64,000 bases of DNA from Eubacteriales bacterium (GTDB lineage: Bacteria; Bacillota; Clostridia; Oscillospirales; UMGS1783). The stretch covers positions 158,897 through 222,896 of the forward strand of contig JAZOAH010000028.1 of NCBI GenBank assembly GCA_045595395.1, read 5' to 3'. The position numbers and the translations under genes were made by a program. Of the stretch, positions 9,716 through 18,911 are shown one piece after another. Within the stretch, counting starts at the first letter, position 1. Every line of letters begins with the position of its first letter. The notes below the pieces were generated by a model. It made no database searches and was not told the origin of the DNA. It saw nothing but the letters and a program-made list of their open reading frames with translations.

Positions 9716-10479
9716 TTTCTCAACCTTCTTGTTACAATGTTGTGTTGTGCCATGGCCTCTTTCAGGTCACCGATGGCCACCTCACCGAAATGGAAGATGG
9801 AGGCCGCCAGCCCGGCATCGACCTTAGGCAAGGTATGAAACAGGGTAATAAAATCTTCGATCTTACCGGCACCGCCCGAGGCAATGACCGGCACCGAAAC
9901 GGCATCGCAAACGGCGGCCAGCATCTCCAGATCAAAGCCGCCCTTGACTCCGTCGGTATCAATGGAATTGACCACGATCTCACCCGCACCGTTGTCCACG
10001 CCACGCTTGATCCACTCGATGGCCTCCAGCCCGGTATTCTCCCGGCCGCCCTTGGCAAAGACACGGAAGACCCCGTCGACTCGTTTGACATCGACCGACA
10101 AGACTACGCACTGATCGCCGTATCGCTCGGCCGCCTGACGGATCAGGTCGGGGTTGCGGATAGCGCCCGAATTGACGCTGACCTTGTCGGCGCCGCACTT
10201 GAGCACTCGGTCAAAATCCTCGACGGTATGGATGCCGCCGCCCACCGTCAGCGGAATAAAAACGCTCGATGCCGTTTGGCACAGGATGTCGGTAAAGAGT
10301 TTACGCCCCTCGGCCGATGCGGTGATATCATAGAAAACCAGCTCATCGGCGCCGTTTTGGCTATAAAATTTTGCCAGTTCCACGGGCGAGGATACATCGC
10401 TCAACCCCTGGAAATTGACCCCCTTGACCACACGGCCGTTGCGCACGTCAAGACAGGGTATGATTCTCTTGGTGATCAT
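9712..10479 (-). CDS. hisF: imidazole glycerol phosphate synthase, cyclase subunit
   Basis: [20 protein letters not shown] start, confirmed as ATG at 10479. The longer ORF-track start is an upstream extension into hisA. Confidence 0.9.
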   Translation of the reverse strand: MITKRIIPCLDVRNGRVVKGVNFQGLSDVSSPVELAKFYSQNGADELVFYDITASAEGRKLFTDILCQTASSVFIPLTVGGGIHTVEDFDRVLKCGADKVSVNSGAIRNPDLIRQAAERYGDQCVVLSVDVKRVDGVFRVFAKGGRENTGLEAIEWIKRGVDNGAGEIVVNSIDTDGVKGGFDLEMLAAVCDAVSVPVIASGGAGKIEDFITLFHTLPKVDAGLAASIFHFGEVAIGDLKEAMAQHNIVTRRLRK

Positions 10480-11179
10480 GGATCGCTTTCTCCAAATCAA
10501 TAGCTCCGGTATAATAGGCCTTGCCGATGATGGCGCCGTAGATATCCAAAGCCGCCAGTTTTTCCACATCCTCCATCGAGGACACACCGCCCGAGGCAAC
10601 GATCTGCATCGAAAACCGCTCGGACAGTTCTTTGTATAAGGCGTGATTGGCACCACGCATGGCACCGTCACGCGAAATATCGGTACAGATCAAGGTGGTC
10701 ACGCCCCGCTTTTGCAGATCGGCGCAAAAGACAAAGGCATCCAGCCCCGACGACTCGGTCCAGCCCTTGACAGCCACACAGCCGTCCTTGATATCAACGC
10801 CGACGGCAATTCGATTGCCGTACTTCTTCAGCGCCTCATCCAAAAAGGCCGGATCTTGCACGGCGGCCGTACCAAGAATAACGCGGTCAATGCCGTTTGT
10901 CAAGTACCGATCGACCACTTCCATGCTGCGAATGCCGCCGCCCACCTCACAAAACAGGCCGGTGGCTTGCTTGATGGCGCAGACAGTGGTCAGGTTAGGG
11001 GTTGTGCCGCTTTTGGCACCCTCCAGATCGACCAGGTGGATATGAGTCGCTCCTTTGCTGGCAAAATCACCTGCTACCGCCACCGGATCATCGTGATAGA
11101 CCGTCATTTGGGCATAGTCGCCCTGAAACAGGCGCACCGCTTTTCCCTCAAACAGATCAATAGCCGGAAACAGATTCAT
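10448..11179 (-). CDS. hisA: ProFAR isomerase
   Basis: MNLFPAIDLFEGKAVRL start and HisA family body. ATGA overlap with the hisH stop. Confidence 0.9.
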   Translation of the reverse strand: MNLFPAIDLFEGKAVRLFQGDYAQMTVYHDDPVAVAGDFASKGATHIHLVDLEGAKSGTTPNLTTVCAIKQATGLFCEVGGGIRSMEVVDRYLTNGIDRVILGTAAVQDPAFLDEALKKYGNRIAVGVDIKDGCVAVKGWTESSGLDAFVFCADLQKRGVTTLICTDISRDGAMRGANHALYKELSERFSMQIVASGGVSSMEDVEKLAALDIYGAIIGKAYYTGAIDLEKAIHDHQENHTLS

Positions 11180-11796
11180 GCCCAATCCTCCCTCTCGCAA
11201 AAGGCACGCAGGATACTCAGCCCCACATCGCCGCTCTTTTCGGGATGGAACTGGCAGCCCAGCACATTGCCCTTGGCCACCGCCGCCGTTAAGGGTGCGC
11301 CGTACTCGGCCGTGGCAATGACCGCATCCTTGCAGTCAGCATAGTAGGAATGGACGAAATAGACGGCATCCCCCTCTTCGACCTTCTCAAACAGTGGATG
11401 CTTGTTTTCTCCGAAGTGTAGCCCGTTCCAGCCGATATGCGGGATCTTATAGCCGGGCGGCACCACATCGGCAATGGGACGAATAGCACCGGGGATCAGG
11501 CCCAAGCCTTGATGAAAGCCATACTCATAACTCTTTTCAAACAGCATCTGCATACCCAGGCAAATGCCCATGACCGGCTTGCCCTTTTGGGCCTGTTCGA
11601 TCACCAGATTGCCCAAGCCGCTGTCCCGCAGCTTGCGGGCGGCATCGCCAAAGGCTCCCACCCCGGGTAGGATCAAACGGTCGGCCTTGCGGATCACATA
11701 CGGATCGTCGGTCGCCACCGCATCGGCACCAATGGCCGCAAAGGAACTGTGCAGGGAAAAGAGATTGCCCACGCCGTAATCAACAATGGCGATCAT
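11176..11796 (-). CDS. hisH: imidazole glycerol phosphate synthase, glutaminase subunit
   Basis: 206 aa class I amidotransferase (MGICLGMQ, FHPEKS). Confidence 0.9.
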   Translation of the reverse strand: MIAIVDYGVGNLFSLHSSFAAIGADAVATDDPYVIRKADRLILPGVGAFGDAARKLRDSGLGNLVIEQAQKGKPVMGICLGMQMLFEKSYEYGFHQGLGLIPGAIRPIADVVPPGYKIPHIGWNGLHFGENKHPLFEKVEEGDAVYFVHSYYADCKDAVIATAEYGAPLTAAVAKGNVLGCQFHPEKSGDVGLSILRAFCEREDWA

Positions 11797-12383
11797 GCCA
11801 GAACTCCTTTCGTGGACGGCACCTCGTCGGCAAATTTCTCATCTACCGAAACGGCGGTACGCAGGCTGCGAGCCACCGACTTAAAAGCACCCTCAATGAT
11901 GTGGTGAGAATTCTCGCCGGCCAGTTTGCGGATGTGCAGGGTGCAGGCACAGTTGCGGGTAAAGCCCAGCCAGAATTCCTGCACAAGCTCGGTATCGAAT
12001 GTCCCCACCTTCTCGGTCGGGATAGCCATATCCATATACAGCCCACAGCGTCCCGACAGATCAACGGCACTCAAGATCAGTGCCTCATCCATCGGCAACA
12101 TGCAGTCGCCGTAGCGGCGAATGCCCTTTTTATCGGCCAGCGCCTCGGCAAAGGCCTTACCCAGCGCAATGCCGATATCCTCCACCGTGTGATGATCGTC
12201 AACCCGGGTATCCCCTTGACAGGACACGGTCAGATCAAAACGGCCGTGCGAGGCAAAGAGAGTGAGCATATGATCAAGAAAACCGCAGCCGGTTTCGATG
12301 GTCGAAGTACCGCTGCCGTCTATGTTGAGCGAAAGGACGATATCGGTCTCGTTGGTCTTTCTGGTCAGTAAGGATGTTCTCAT
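11793..12383 (-). CDS. hisB: imidazoleglycerol-phosphate dehydratase
   Basis: 196 aa with IGPD motifs (RKTNETDI, DDHHTVEDIGIALG, HHIIEGAFK). Confidence 0.9.
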   Translation of the reverse strand: MRTSLLTRKTNETDIVLSLNIDGSGTSTIETGCGFLDHMLTLFASHGRFDLTVSCQGDTRVDDHHTVEDIGIALGKAFAEALADKKGIRRYGDCMLPMDEALILSAVDLSGRCGLYMDMAIPTEKVGTFDTELVQEFWLGFTRNCACTLHIRKLAGENSHHIIEGAFKSVARSLRTAVSVDEKFADEVPSTKGVLA

Positions 12384-13444
12384 CGGTTCTCCTCCATGAT
12401 TTGTGTAATGGTGTCGAGCAAAATCTGCATTTGCTCGTCACTGCCTACCGTAATACGGTTATACTCCTTCAGCCGGGGGGTATCAAAATGACGGATCAAC
12501 ACGCCCCGCTCCTTGAGGCTCAGATATAATTGCTTGCCGTCGATAGCCGGATGCTTGGCAAAGAGGAAATTGGCACGGGAGTCCAGCACCTCAAACCCCA
12601 GCGTTTTCAAGGCTTTTGCCGTGTTTTCTCTGGTCTGCATGACGGTGCGGCAATTGGCACGGGTGTACGCTTCATCCTCCAGCACACCAAGGCCGGCGGC
12701 CATGGTCATGCGGTTGATGTTATAGGGGTTGGTGGAATATTTGACGGTGTTCAGATCCTGAATGAGCGCCTGATTGCCAACACCAAATCCCAATCTGGCA
12801 CCCGCCATCGAACGGGATTTGGAGAAGGTCTGGGTCACCAGCAGATTATCGTATTGGTCAATCAACGTGCAGGCACTTTCGGCGCCGAAATCAACATAGG
12901 CCTCGTCCACCACAACGATACGGTCGGGGTTGCTTTGCAGCAACCTTTCAATATCGGAAAGAGGCAGGCAAAGACCGGTCGGGGCGTTGGGATTTGCCAA
13001 AAAAATGGTGCCTTTTGCCTCAAAAAAGGACTCTAAATCGACCGAAAAATCGTTTTTTAGGGCTATTTTTTGATAAGAAACGCCGTTTAACTGGGCAAAA
13101 ACCTCATAAAATCCGTAGGTTATGTCACAAAATACGGCCGGATTTTGCTCATCACAAAAGGCCATAAAGGCAAAATTCAGGATCTCGTCCGAGCCGTTGG
13201 TGAGCAGCACCTGCTCCGACTTAACGCCGCACAGGTCGGCCACCTTTTGGGTGAGTGCGGTACACTCAGGGTCGGGATACAGATGCAGATCTTTAGCCGC
13301 AGCCGCCGCATAAGCCTGTGCTTTCGGCGAGGGCGGGAAGGGCGACTCGTTGGTGTTGAGTTTGACATACTGCATATCTTTGGGCTGTTCCCCCGGTGTA
13401 TAGGGGGTCAGCGCCGCATATTTTTGAGAAAAAAATCGACTCAT
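12380..13444 (-). CDS. hisC: histidinol-phosphate aminotransferase
   Basis: 354 aa class II aminotransferase (KLNTNESPFPPSP, TFSKS). Positioned within the his operon. Confidence 0.9.
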   Translation of the reverse strand: MSRFFSQKYAALTPYTPGEQPKDMQYVKLNTNESPFPPSPKAQAYAAAAAKDLHLYPDPECTALTQKVADLCGVKSEQVLLTNGSDEILNFAFMAFCDEQNPAVFCDITYGFYEVFAQLNGVSYQKIALKNDFSVDLESFFEAKGTIFLANPNAPTGLCLPLSDIERLLQSNPDRIVVVDEAYVDFGAESACTLIDQYDNLLVTQTFSKSRSMAGARLGFGVGNQALIQDLNTVKYSTNPYNINRMTMAAGLGVLEDEAYTRANCRTVMQTRENTAKALKTLGFEVLDSRANFLFAKHPAIDGKQLYLSLKERGVLIRHFDTPRLKEYNRITVGSDEQMQILLDTITQIMEENR

Positions 13445-14721
13445 TTCTTATCCTCTTGGCGCACGGTAGCGCTCTTGGCGTGGGCGGTCAGTCCCTCTTG
13501 TGTGGCAAAATAGGCCACATCCTCGGCCACACGCTCCAGGGCTGCGGCGGTGTAATAGGTGTACTGGGTCTTTTTGATAAAATCGTCGACCGACAGCGGG
13601 CTGGAAAACTTGGCCGTGCCCGAGGTAGGCAGGGTGTGGTTGGGGCCGGCAAAATAATCGCCCAAGGCTTCGGGGCAGTTGCGCCCCATAAAGATGGAGC
13701 CGGCATGGCGGATGCTGTCCAGATAATCAAAGGGGTTATCAACGCACAGTTCCAGATGCTCGGGTGCGATCTCATTGGCGATCTCGATGGCGGCCGACAG
13801 ATCCTCGGCCACGATGATCTTGCCGTTGTTATCAATGGATGCACGGGCAATCTCGGCACGTGACAGTTGCGGGATCTGCACTTCAAGCTCCTCCTGTACC
13901 GCCTTGGCCAGATCCATCGAATCGGTGACCAGCACAGCGCTGGCCAGCTTATCATGCTCGGCCTGGGAGAGCAGATCGGCCGCCACATGGCGGGGGTTGC
14001 TCTTGCCGTCGGCCACCACCAAAATTTCACTGGGGCCGGCGATCATATCAATGGAAACGACACCGAAGACCTGCTTTTTAGCTTCGGCCACAAAGGCATT
14101 GCCCGGGCCGACGATCTTATCGACCTTGGGCACACTCTCGGTACCGTAAGCCAGGGCGGCCACCGCCTGAGCGCCGCCGACCTTGAAGATCTGATCAATA
14201 CCGGCGATCTTGGCCGCCGCCAAAATGACGGGATTGACCTTACCGTCAGCCGACGGGGGTGTGACCATGACCACCTGCTTGACCCCGGCGATCTTGGCAG
14301 GGATGGCATCCATCAGCACGGTGGAAGGATAGGCGGCTGTACCGCCCGGCACATACAGACCGGCACGATCGACCGGAATGATCTTCTGGCCGATGACGAT
14401 ACCATCCTCATCGTTGATGATAAAGGAATTTCTGACCTGTTTTTCGTGGAATTTGCGGATGTTGGCCGCCGCCCGCTCAAGAATATCCAAAAATCGGGGC
14501 GAAACCTGCGCCACCGCCTCTTCCATCTCGGCGGCAGACACCTGCAAGTCGGTTAACTTGGCCTTATCAAATTTTTCGCAATATTCGTACAGGGCCGCAT
14601 CTCCGCGCACCCGCACATTGGCTATGATATCGGCTACGATATCCTCGACATTGACCGCCAGCTCGACACGAGCGAAGATCTCATCGTTGGATACCTGACC
14701 GTATTCTAAAATCTCAATCAT
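13441..14721 (-). CDS. hisD: histidinol dehydrogenase
   Basis: 426 aa, HisD family (GPGNAFVAEAK, SQAEHD, APEHLEL). Confidence 0.9.
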   Translation of the reverse strand: MIEILEYGQVSNDEIFARVELAVNVEDIVADIIANVRVRGDAALYEYCEKFDKAKLTDLQVSAAEMEEAVAQVSPRFLDILERAAANIRKFHEKQVRNSFIINDEDGIVIGQKIIPVDRAGLYVPGGTAAYPSTVLMDAIPAKIAGVKQVVMVTPPSADGKVNPVILAAAKIAGIDQIFKVGGAQAVAALAYGTESVPKVDKIVGPGNAFVAEAKKQVFGVVSIDMIAGPSEILVVADGKSNPRHVAADLLSQAEHDKLASAVLVTDSMDLAKAVQEELEVQIPQLSRAEIARASIDNNGKIIVAEDLSAAIEIANEIAPEHLELCVDNPFDYLDSIRHAGSIFMGRNCPEALGDYFAGPNHTLPTSGTAKFSSPLSVDDFIKKTQYTYYTAAALERVAEDVAYFATQEGLTAHAKSATVRQEDKK

Positions 14722-15350
14722 TGGTTTACTCCTTGTGCAACCGCCTTCACGATCCGCTCGATCGGCTCGTTGATAAATTGGAAGGATGCTTTGTTGGCGA
14801 TCAGTCTGGCGCTGATGGGCACCACCGTTTCCACCACCTCAAGATCGTTCTCCTTTAAGGTCGTGCCCGTTTCGACGATATCGACGATGACATCGGACAA
14901 GCCCAAAATGGGCGCAATCTCGATCGAGCCGTTGAGGTGGATGATGTCGATCTCCCGCCCCTTGGCGGCGTAATGCTTTTGGGCGATGTTGGTGAATTTG
15001 GTGGCCACACGCAGGGTATGGCGGGAATCATCGACAAAGTCCTTTTTGGCGGCCACCGCCATGCGGCATTTGCCGATATCCAGATCCAGCAGTTCATAGA
15101 CATCCGGCTCATACTCGAGCAGGATATCCTTACCGGCCACACCGATATCAGCAGCACCCCGCTCGACATAAACAGCGACATCGGAGGGCTTGACCCAGAA
15201 ATAGCGCACCTGACACGCTTGGTTTTCAAAAATCAGTTTGCGATTGTTTTCCTTGATGGAGGGACATTCAAAGCCGGCCGCCTCGAACATGGCATAGACC
15301 TTTTCGCCCAAACGCCCCTTAGGCAGGGCAATATTCAGCATACGGCTCAT
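14718..15350 (-). CDS. hisG: ATP phosphoribosyltransferase, short form
   Basis: 210 aa (LNIALPKGRL, DIVETGTTLKEN). The short HisG form is paired with hisZ. Confidence 0.9.
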   Translation of the reverse strand: MSRMLNIALPKGRLGEKVYAMFEAAGFECPSIKENNRKLIFENQACQVRYFWVKPSDVAVYVERGAADIGVAGKDILLEYEPDVYELLDLDIGKCRMAVAAKKDFVDDSRHTLRVATKFTNIAQKHYAAKGREIDIIHLNGSIEIAPILGLSDVIVDIVETGTTLKENDLEVVETVVPISARLIANKASFQFINEPIERIVKAVAQGVNQ

Positions 15351-16276
15351 TCCCCCACCTCCTCAATAACAAAACGCTCCAGCGCATCCAGATAGACAGC
15401 AAAGCCGATGGCGCCGCTGTTCTTACCCATACGACGCAGCAGTCGGTCATACCGACCGCCCGACAGCACGCTTTCAGGCACGCCGTCGATAAAGCCCTTA
15501 AAGGTGATGCCGTTATAATACTTGGTATTGCTGACCGTTGACAGGTCGATACGCAGATTCTCGGCCGAACCCAGAGCAGTAAGAACCTGCTCCAGCTCCT
15601 CTACCGCCGCCATGCCGGCCTGCGGCAGGGGCAGTTGACGAAGCTTGGCCATGACCGCATCGGGCGCACCGTAGCAGCCGATCAACGCCGCAAGCAGTTC
15701 TGCCGTCGATGCATCGACGCCGTTTTGCCGACACAGCAGCGCCAGTTCATGCCGATTCTTTTCGTCCACGCATTTGAGCAACGCCGCCTTAACGGATTCA
15801 TCCATCCCCTCGACCACGGCACTGACGATGCCCGGATGGGACAGATCAAGCACACTCTTGACCGATATGGCCTGCAGGCTTTGCAGCGCCAAGGAAACGA
15901 CCTGGCTGACGCAGGCATGATCAATATCACCGATGCACTCCAGGCCTACCTGCATGATCTCACGGTAGTTGCGCCCGGCGCCGGCCACACGATAGACATT
16001 TTCATTATAATACAGCTTCTGCACCTCGCCCGGAGCATCCTTGCTGTTCTTGATGATGGACAGGGTGACATCGGGCTTAAGAGCCATCAGTTTACCGTTG
16101 ATATCGGTAAAGGTGATGACCTGATCGGAAATAAGAAAATCCTTGTTGCGCACATACAGATCATATGGCTCAAACTTGCTCATTTTATAAAGCGAGTAGC
16201 CGCAACGATCATAGAGGGCACGCAGCGTAAAGATGATCTTCTCTTCATTGGTTAAAATCGAATCGTTGATATTCAT
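15347..16276 (-). CDS. hisZ: ATP phosphoribosyltransferase regulatory subunit
   Basis: 309 aa HisRS-like paralog directly upstream of, and overlapping, short-form hisG. Confidence 0.8.
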   Translation of the reverse strand: MNINDSILTNEEKIIFTLRALYDRCGYSLYKMSKFEPYDLYVRNKDFLISDQVITFTDINGKLMALKPDVTLSIIKNSKDAPGEVQKLYYNENVYRVAGAGRNYREIMQVGLECIGDIDHACVSQVVSLALQSLQAISVKSVLDLSHPGIVSAVVEGMDESVKAALLKCVDEKNRHELALLCRQNGVDASTAELLAALIGCYGAPDAVMAKLRQLPLPQAGMAAVEELEQVLTALGSAENLRIDLSTVSNTKYYNGITFKGFIDGVPESVLSGGRYDRLLRRMGKNSGAIGFAVYLDALERFVIEEVGE

Positions 16277-16572
16277 TTCTTCTCCTGAGAGCGATAGAGT
16301 TTATCCAGGGCATCACGGTAACCGCCGCTGCCGTAATTTAAGCATTTGCTGACCCGACTGATGGTGGCGGTACTGACTCCCACCTGCTGGCTGATGGTCT
16401 GATAATTCATGCCGCCGTCGAGCATCACCGCCGTATCCAGACGCTGTGCCATATCCTGCACCTCATGCACGGTACAGATATCTTCAAAAAAACGGTAGCA
16501 CTCGTCGACCGATTCCAGTTGCAGGATGACCTCAAACAGGCGGTCGATCGATTCGGAATGTAAATTGGCCAT
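16273..16572 (-). CDS. TrpR-like YerC/YecD family DNA-binding protein (candidate histidine operon regulator)
   Basis: About 99 aa from MANLH. C-terminal HTH ISQQVGVSTATISRVSKCL and the YGSGGY tail typical of the YerC/YecD family. Its stop overlaps the hisZ start. Confidence 0.7.
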   Translation of the reverse strand: MANLHSESIDRLFEVILQLESVDECYRFFEDICTVHEVQDMAQRLDTAVMLDGGMNYQTISQQVGVSTATISRVSKCLNYGSGGYRDALDKLYRSQEKK

Positions 16573-16601
16573 AACAAACCCCTTATACGTATTTGCTTTG
16601 C

Positions 16602-16630
16602 ATTTTAGCACTTTATTGCGATAAAGTCAA
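16602..16630 (-). promoter_or_regulatory. promoter of yerC-like/his operon with palindromic candidate operator
   Basis: Minus strand TTGACT (16630..16625), 17 nt, TAAAAT (16607..16602). The perfect 16-bp palindrome CTTTAT-TGCG-ATAAAG (16611..16626) lies in the spacer and -35 region. Confidence 0.5.
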
Positions 16631-16660
16631 TAGAAAAAAGGAGAAAATTATTTTCTCCTT
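16631..16660 (-). terminator. rho-independent terminator after trmO
   Basis: aaggagaaaa/ttttctcctt stem spanning the trmO stop codon, followed on the minus strand by TTTTCT. Confidence 0.55.
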
Positions 16661-17304
16661 TCGATTTCGGTGACATGCACGATATGTTCCTTTACGAAAA
16701 AGCGGATATCGTACCCGGCAAAGGCCATGCTGTAGCGGCGCTCATCCTCCTGATAGGAGGGGCGAGGGTCTTGCGCCAGGCAATCGATAGCCGCCTGCCG
16801 CTTGTCGGCGGGCAGGATGGCCAACAGATCCTCCGGAAACTCGACCGACAGCCGATAGTCTTCAAACTCGTCGGCATAGCCGCCGACGGCATCGGGGATC
16901 GAATCGGCAAAGGGCAGATAGGGCTTGATGTCATAGATGGGGGTACCGTCGAGCAGGTCAACACCCGACACGATCAGTTCTCCCCTCTCGACCTTCTCCA
17001 ATTTGACCACCGAAAGACCGATGGGATTGGGACGGAAGGGTGAACGGCTGGCAAAGACGCCGATGCGGGTATTGCCGCCCAGGCGAGGCGGACGGACGGT
17101 GGGCGACCAATCCTCCCGATGGGCTTTGGAAAAATCAAAGATCAGCCACAGATGGGAAAAGCCGTCAATCCCACGCAGGGCGTCGGGGTTACGAAATTCT
17201 TCCTCAAACACGATCCGCCCCAACAAAGACGGCACCCGCCCGCTTTGGCGGGGGATGCCGAATTTATCCTTGAAATCGGTTTGAATATGCGCAATGGTCC
17301 TCAT
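16648..17304 (-). CDS. trmO: tRNA (t6A37-N6)-methyltransferase TrmO (TsaA/YaeB family)
   Basis: 218 aa with the YaeB-family N-terminus IAHIQTDFKDKFGIPRQSG and RPNPIGLSVVKL. Confidence 0.8.
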   Translation of the reverse strand: MRTIAHIQTDFKDKFGIPRQSGRVPSLLGRIVFEEEFRNPDALRGIDGFSHLWLIFDFSKAHREDWSPTVRPPRLGGNTRIGVFASRSPFRPNPIGLSVVKLEKVERGELIVSGVDLLDGTPIYDIKPYLPFADSIPDAVGGYADEFEDYRLSVEFPEDLLAILPADKRQAAIDCLAQDPRPSYQEDERRYSMAFAGYDIRFFVKEHIVHVTEIERRK

Positions 17305-18320
17305 TCTACGATGGTACGGATCCAGCCTTCGGGGCCTTCGAGCTCGCCCATCTGGATGCCACGCAGGGTATCATACAGCTTCTTGGTATAGGGACCCATC
17401 TCCTGCATACCGAAGACATATTCGGTGTCGCCCTGGACGATCTTGCCGACCGGGGAGATGACGGCGGCGGTGCCGCACAGGCCGCACTCGGCAAAGTCGG
17501 CCAGTTCTTCGACAGCGACCGGACGCTCTTCGACCTTGAGGCCCAGCACATCGCCGGCGACAGTCAAAAGCGAGCGGCGGGTGATGGAAGGCAGGATGGT
17601 ATCCGATTTCGGGGTCACAACCGTGCCGTCCTTCTTGATTAAAATAATGTTGGCGCCGCCCGTTTCCTCGATGTGGGTGCGGGTAGCCGAATCGAGATAG
17701 ACATTCTCGTCATATCCCTTATTATGGGCATCGACGATGGCGTGCAGACTCATGGCATAGTTAAGTCCCGCCTTGATGTGGCCGGTACCACGGGGGGCGG
17801 CACGGTCGAAATCGGAGATGCGAAGAGTCAGAGGCTTAACGCCGCCCTTAAAGTAAGGGCCGACGGGAGAAACGAAGACACGGAACTGGAATTCGTTGGC
17901 AGGCTTGACGCCCAGGATAGCATCGCTGCCGAACATAAAGGGACGGACATAGAGCGAGGCGCCGGTGCCGTAGGGCGGAACATAGTCGGCATTGGCCTTG
18001 ACCACCGTGTCAATGGCTTCCAGGAAGCGATCTTCGGGGAAGACGGGCATTTCCATGCGGCGGCAGGAATCGGCCATGCGGGCGGCATTGAGGTCGGGAC
18101 GGAAGGTGACGATGCGGCCGTCCTTAGTAGTATACGCCTTAAGACCTTCAAAAACCGTCTGGGCATATTGCAGCACGCAGGCACATTCGGTCATGGTGAT
18201 GTTGGCCTGGTCGGACAGACCGCCTTCATCCCATGCGCCGTTTTTATAATTGGCAACATAGCGCTGTTCGGTTTGGGTATAGCCGAAGCCGAGGTTGCCC
18301 CAGTCGATATTTTTACTCAT
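17301..18320 (-). CDS. ilvE: branched-chain amino acid aminotransferase
   Basis: 339 aa class IV aminotransferase (FEGLKAY, GTGHIKAGLNY, EETGGANI). Confidence 0.9.
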   Translation of the reverse strand: MSKNIDWGNLGFGYTQTEQRYVANYKNGAWDEGGLSDQANITMTECACVLQYAQTVFEGLKAYTTKDGRIVTFRPDLNAARMADSCRRMEMPVFPEDRFLEAIDTVVKANADYVPPYGTGASLYVRPFMFGSDAILGVKPANEFQFRVFVSPVGPYFKGGVKPLTLRISDFDRAAPRGTGHIKAGLNYAMSLHAIVDAHNKGYDENVYLDSATRTHIEETGGANIILIKKDGTVVTPKSDTILPSITRRSLLTVAGDVLGLKVEERPVAVEELADFAECGLCGTAAVISPVGKIVQGDTEYVFGMQEMGPYTKKLYDTLRGIQMGELEGPEGWIRTIVE

Positions 18321-18383
18321 GATATTACCTCCTTGGGGAATAGAAAAATTATAGCACCGCCCAATGGGACTGTCAATGCAAAA

Positions 18384-18767
18384 TCACAGGATAAACGAGG
18401 TGTTGCCACGCAGAGCATTGAGCATGACGGTGGCGCTTCCGACGTTGGTAGCCAAGGGGATGCGCTGGACATCGCACAGGCGCAGCAGGGCCGATACGTC
18501 GGGCTCATGGGGCTGGGCGGTGAGGGGGTCACGCAGGAAGATGATAAAATCGATATTGCCGTCGGCCAGCATAGCGCCGATCTGCTGGTCGCCGCCGAGC
18601 GGGCCGCTCTTCATGCGTTTGATGGCAAGGCCGGTCTCGCCCATAATGAGGGTGCCGGTGGTGCCGGTGGCGTAGAGTTCGTGCTTGGCCAGGACATCCT
18701 GATATGTTTTTGATAATTCGATCATTTCATTTTTCTTTTTATCGTGAGCAATCAGAGCGATTTTCAT
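18384..18767 (-). CDS. mgsA: methylglyoxal synthase
   Basis: 127 aa with [18 protein letters not shown] and [10 protein letters not shown] motifs. Confidence 0.9.
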   Translation of the reverse strand: MKIALIAHDKKKNEMIELSKTYQDVLAKHELYATGTTGTLIMGETGLAIKRMKSGPLGGDQQIGAMLADGNIDFIIFLRDPLTAQPHEPDVSALLRLCDVQRIPLATNVGSATVMLNALRGNTSFIL

Positions 18768-18836
18768 AGAAATTCCCTTTCATATTTCGATATAAATAAA
18801 ATAACATAGAATAAAACGGCTGTCAATTTATAAAAC

Positions 18837-18865
18837 TGGACAAATGCACCAATATGTGATATACT
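18837..18865 (+). promoter_or_regulatory. candidate promoter of lipoprotein gene
   Basis: TGGACA (18837..18842), 17 nt, TATACT (18860..18865). A 5' UTR hairpin gacgga/tccgtc lies at 18876..18891. Confidence 0.4.
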
Positions 18866-18911
18866 GTCGAAAAATGACGGACTCATCCGTCAATAAAAAA
18901 GGAGAATTGCT

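Noticed and set aside
7679-9838. 719-aa ORF on the plus strand
   Set aside because: It runs antisense across dapB, dapA, the L-box leader and hisIE, all of which have strong family signatures on the minus strand. Its composition (R/G/H/L/Q-rich, no motifs) is typical of an antisense frame in GC-rich coding DNA.
9712-10671. 319-aa version of hisF starting at 10671
   Set aside because: The extra 64 N-terminal residues overlap the hisA coding frame and have no HisF similarity. The conserved [12 protein letters not shown] start at 10479 is used instead.
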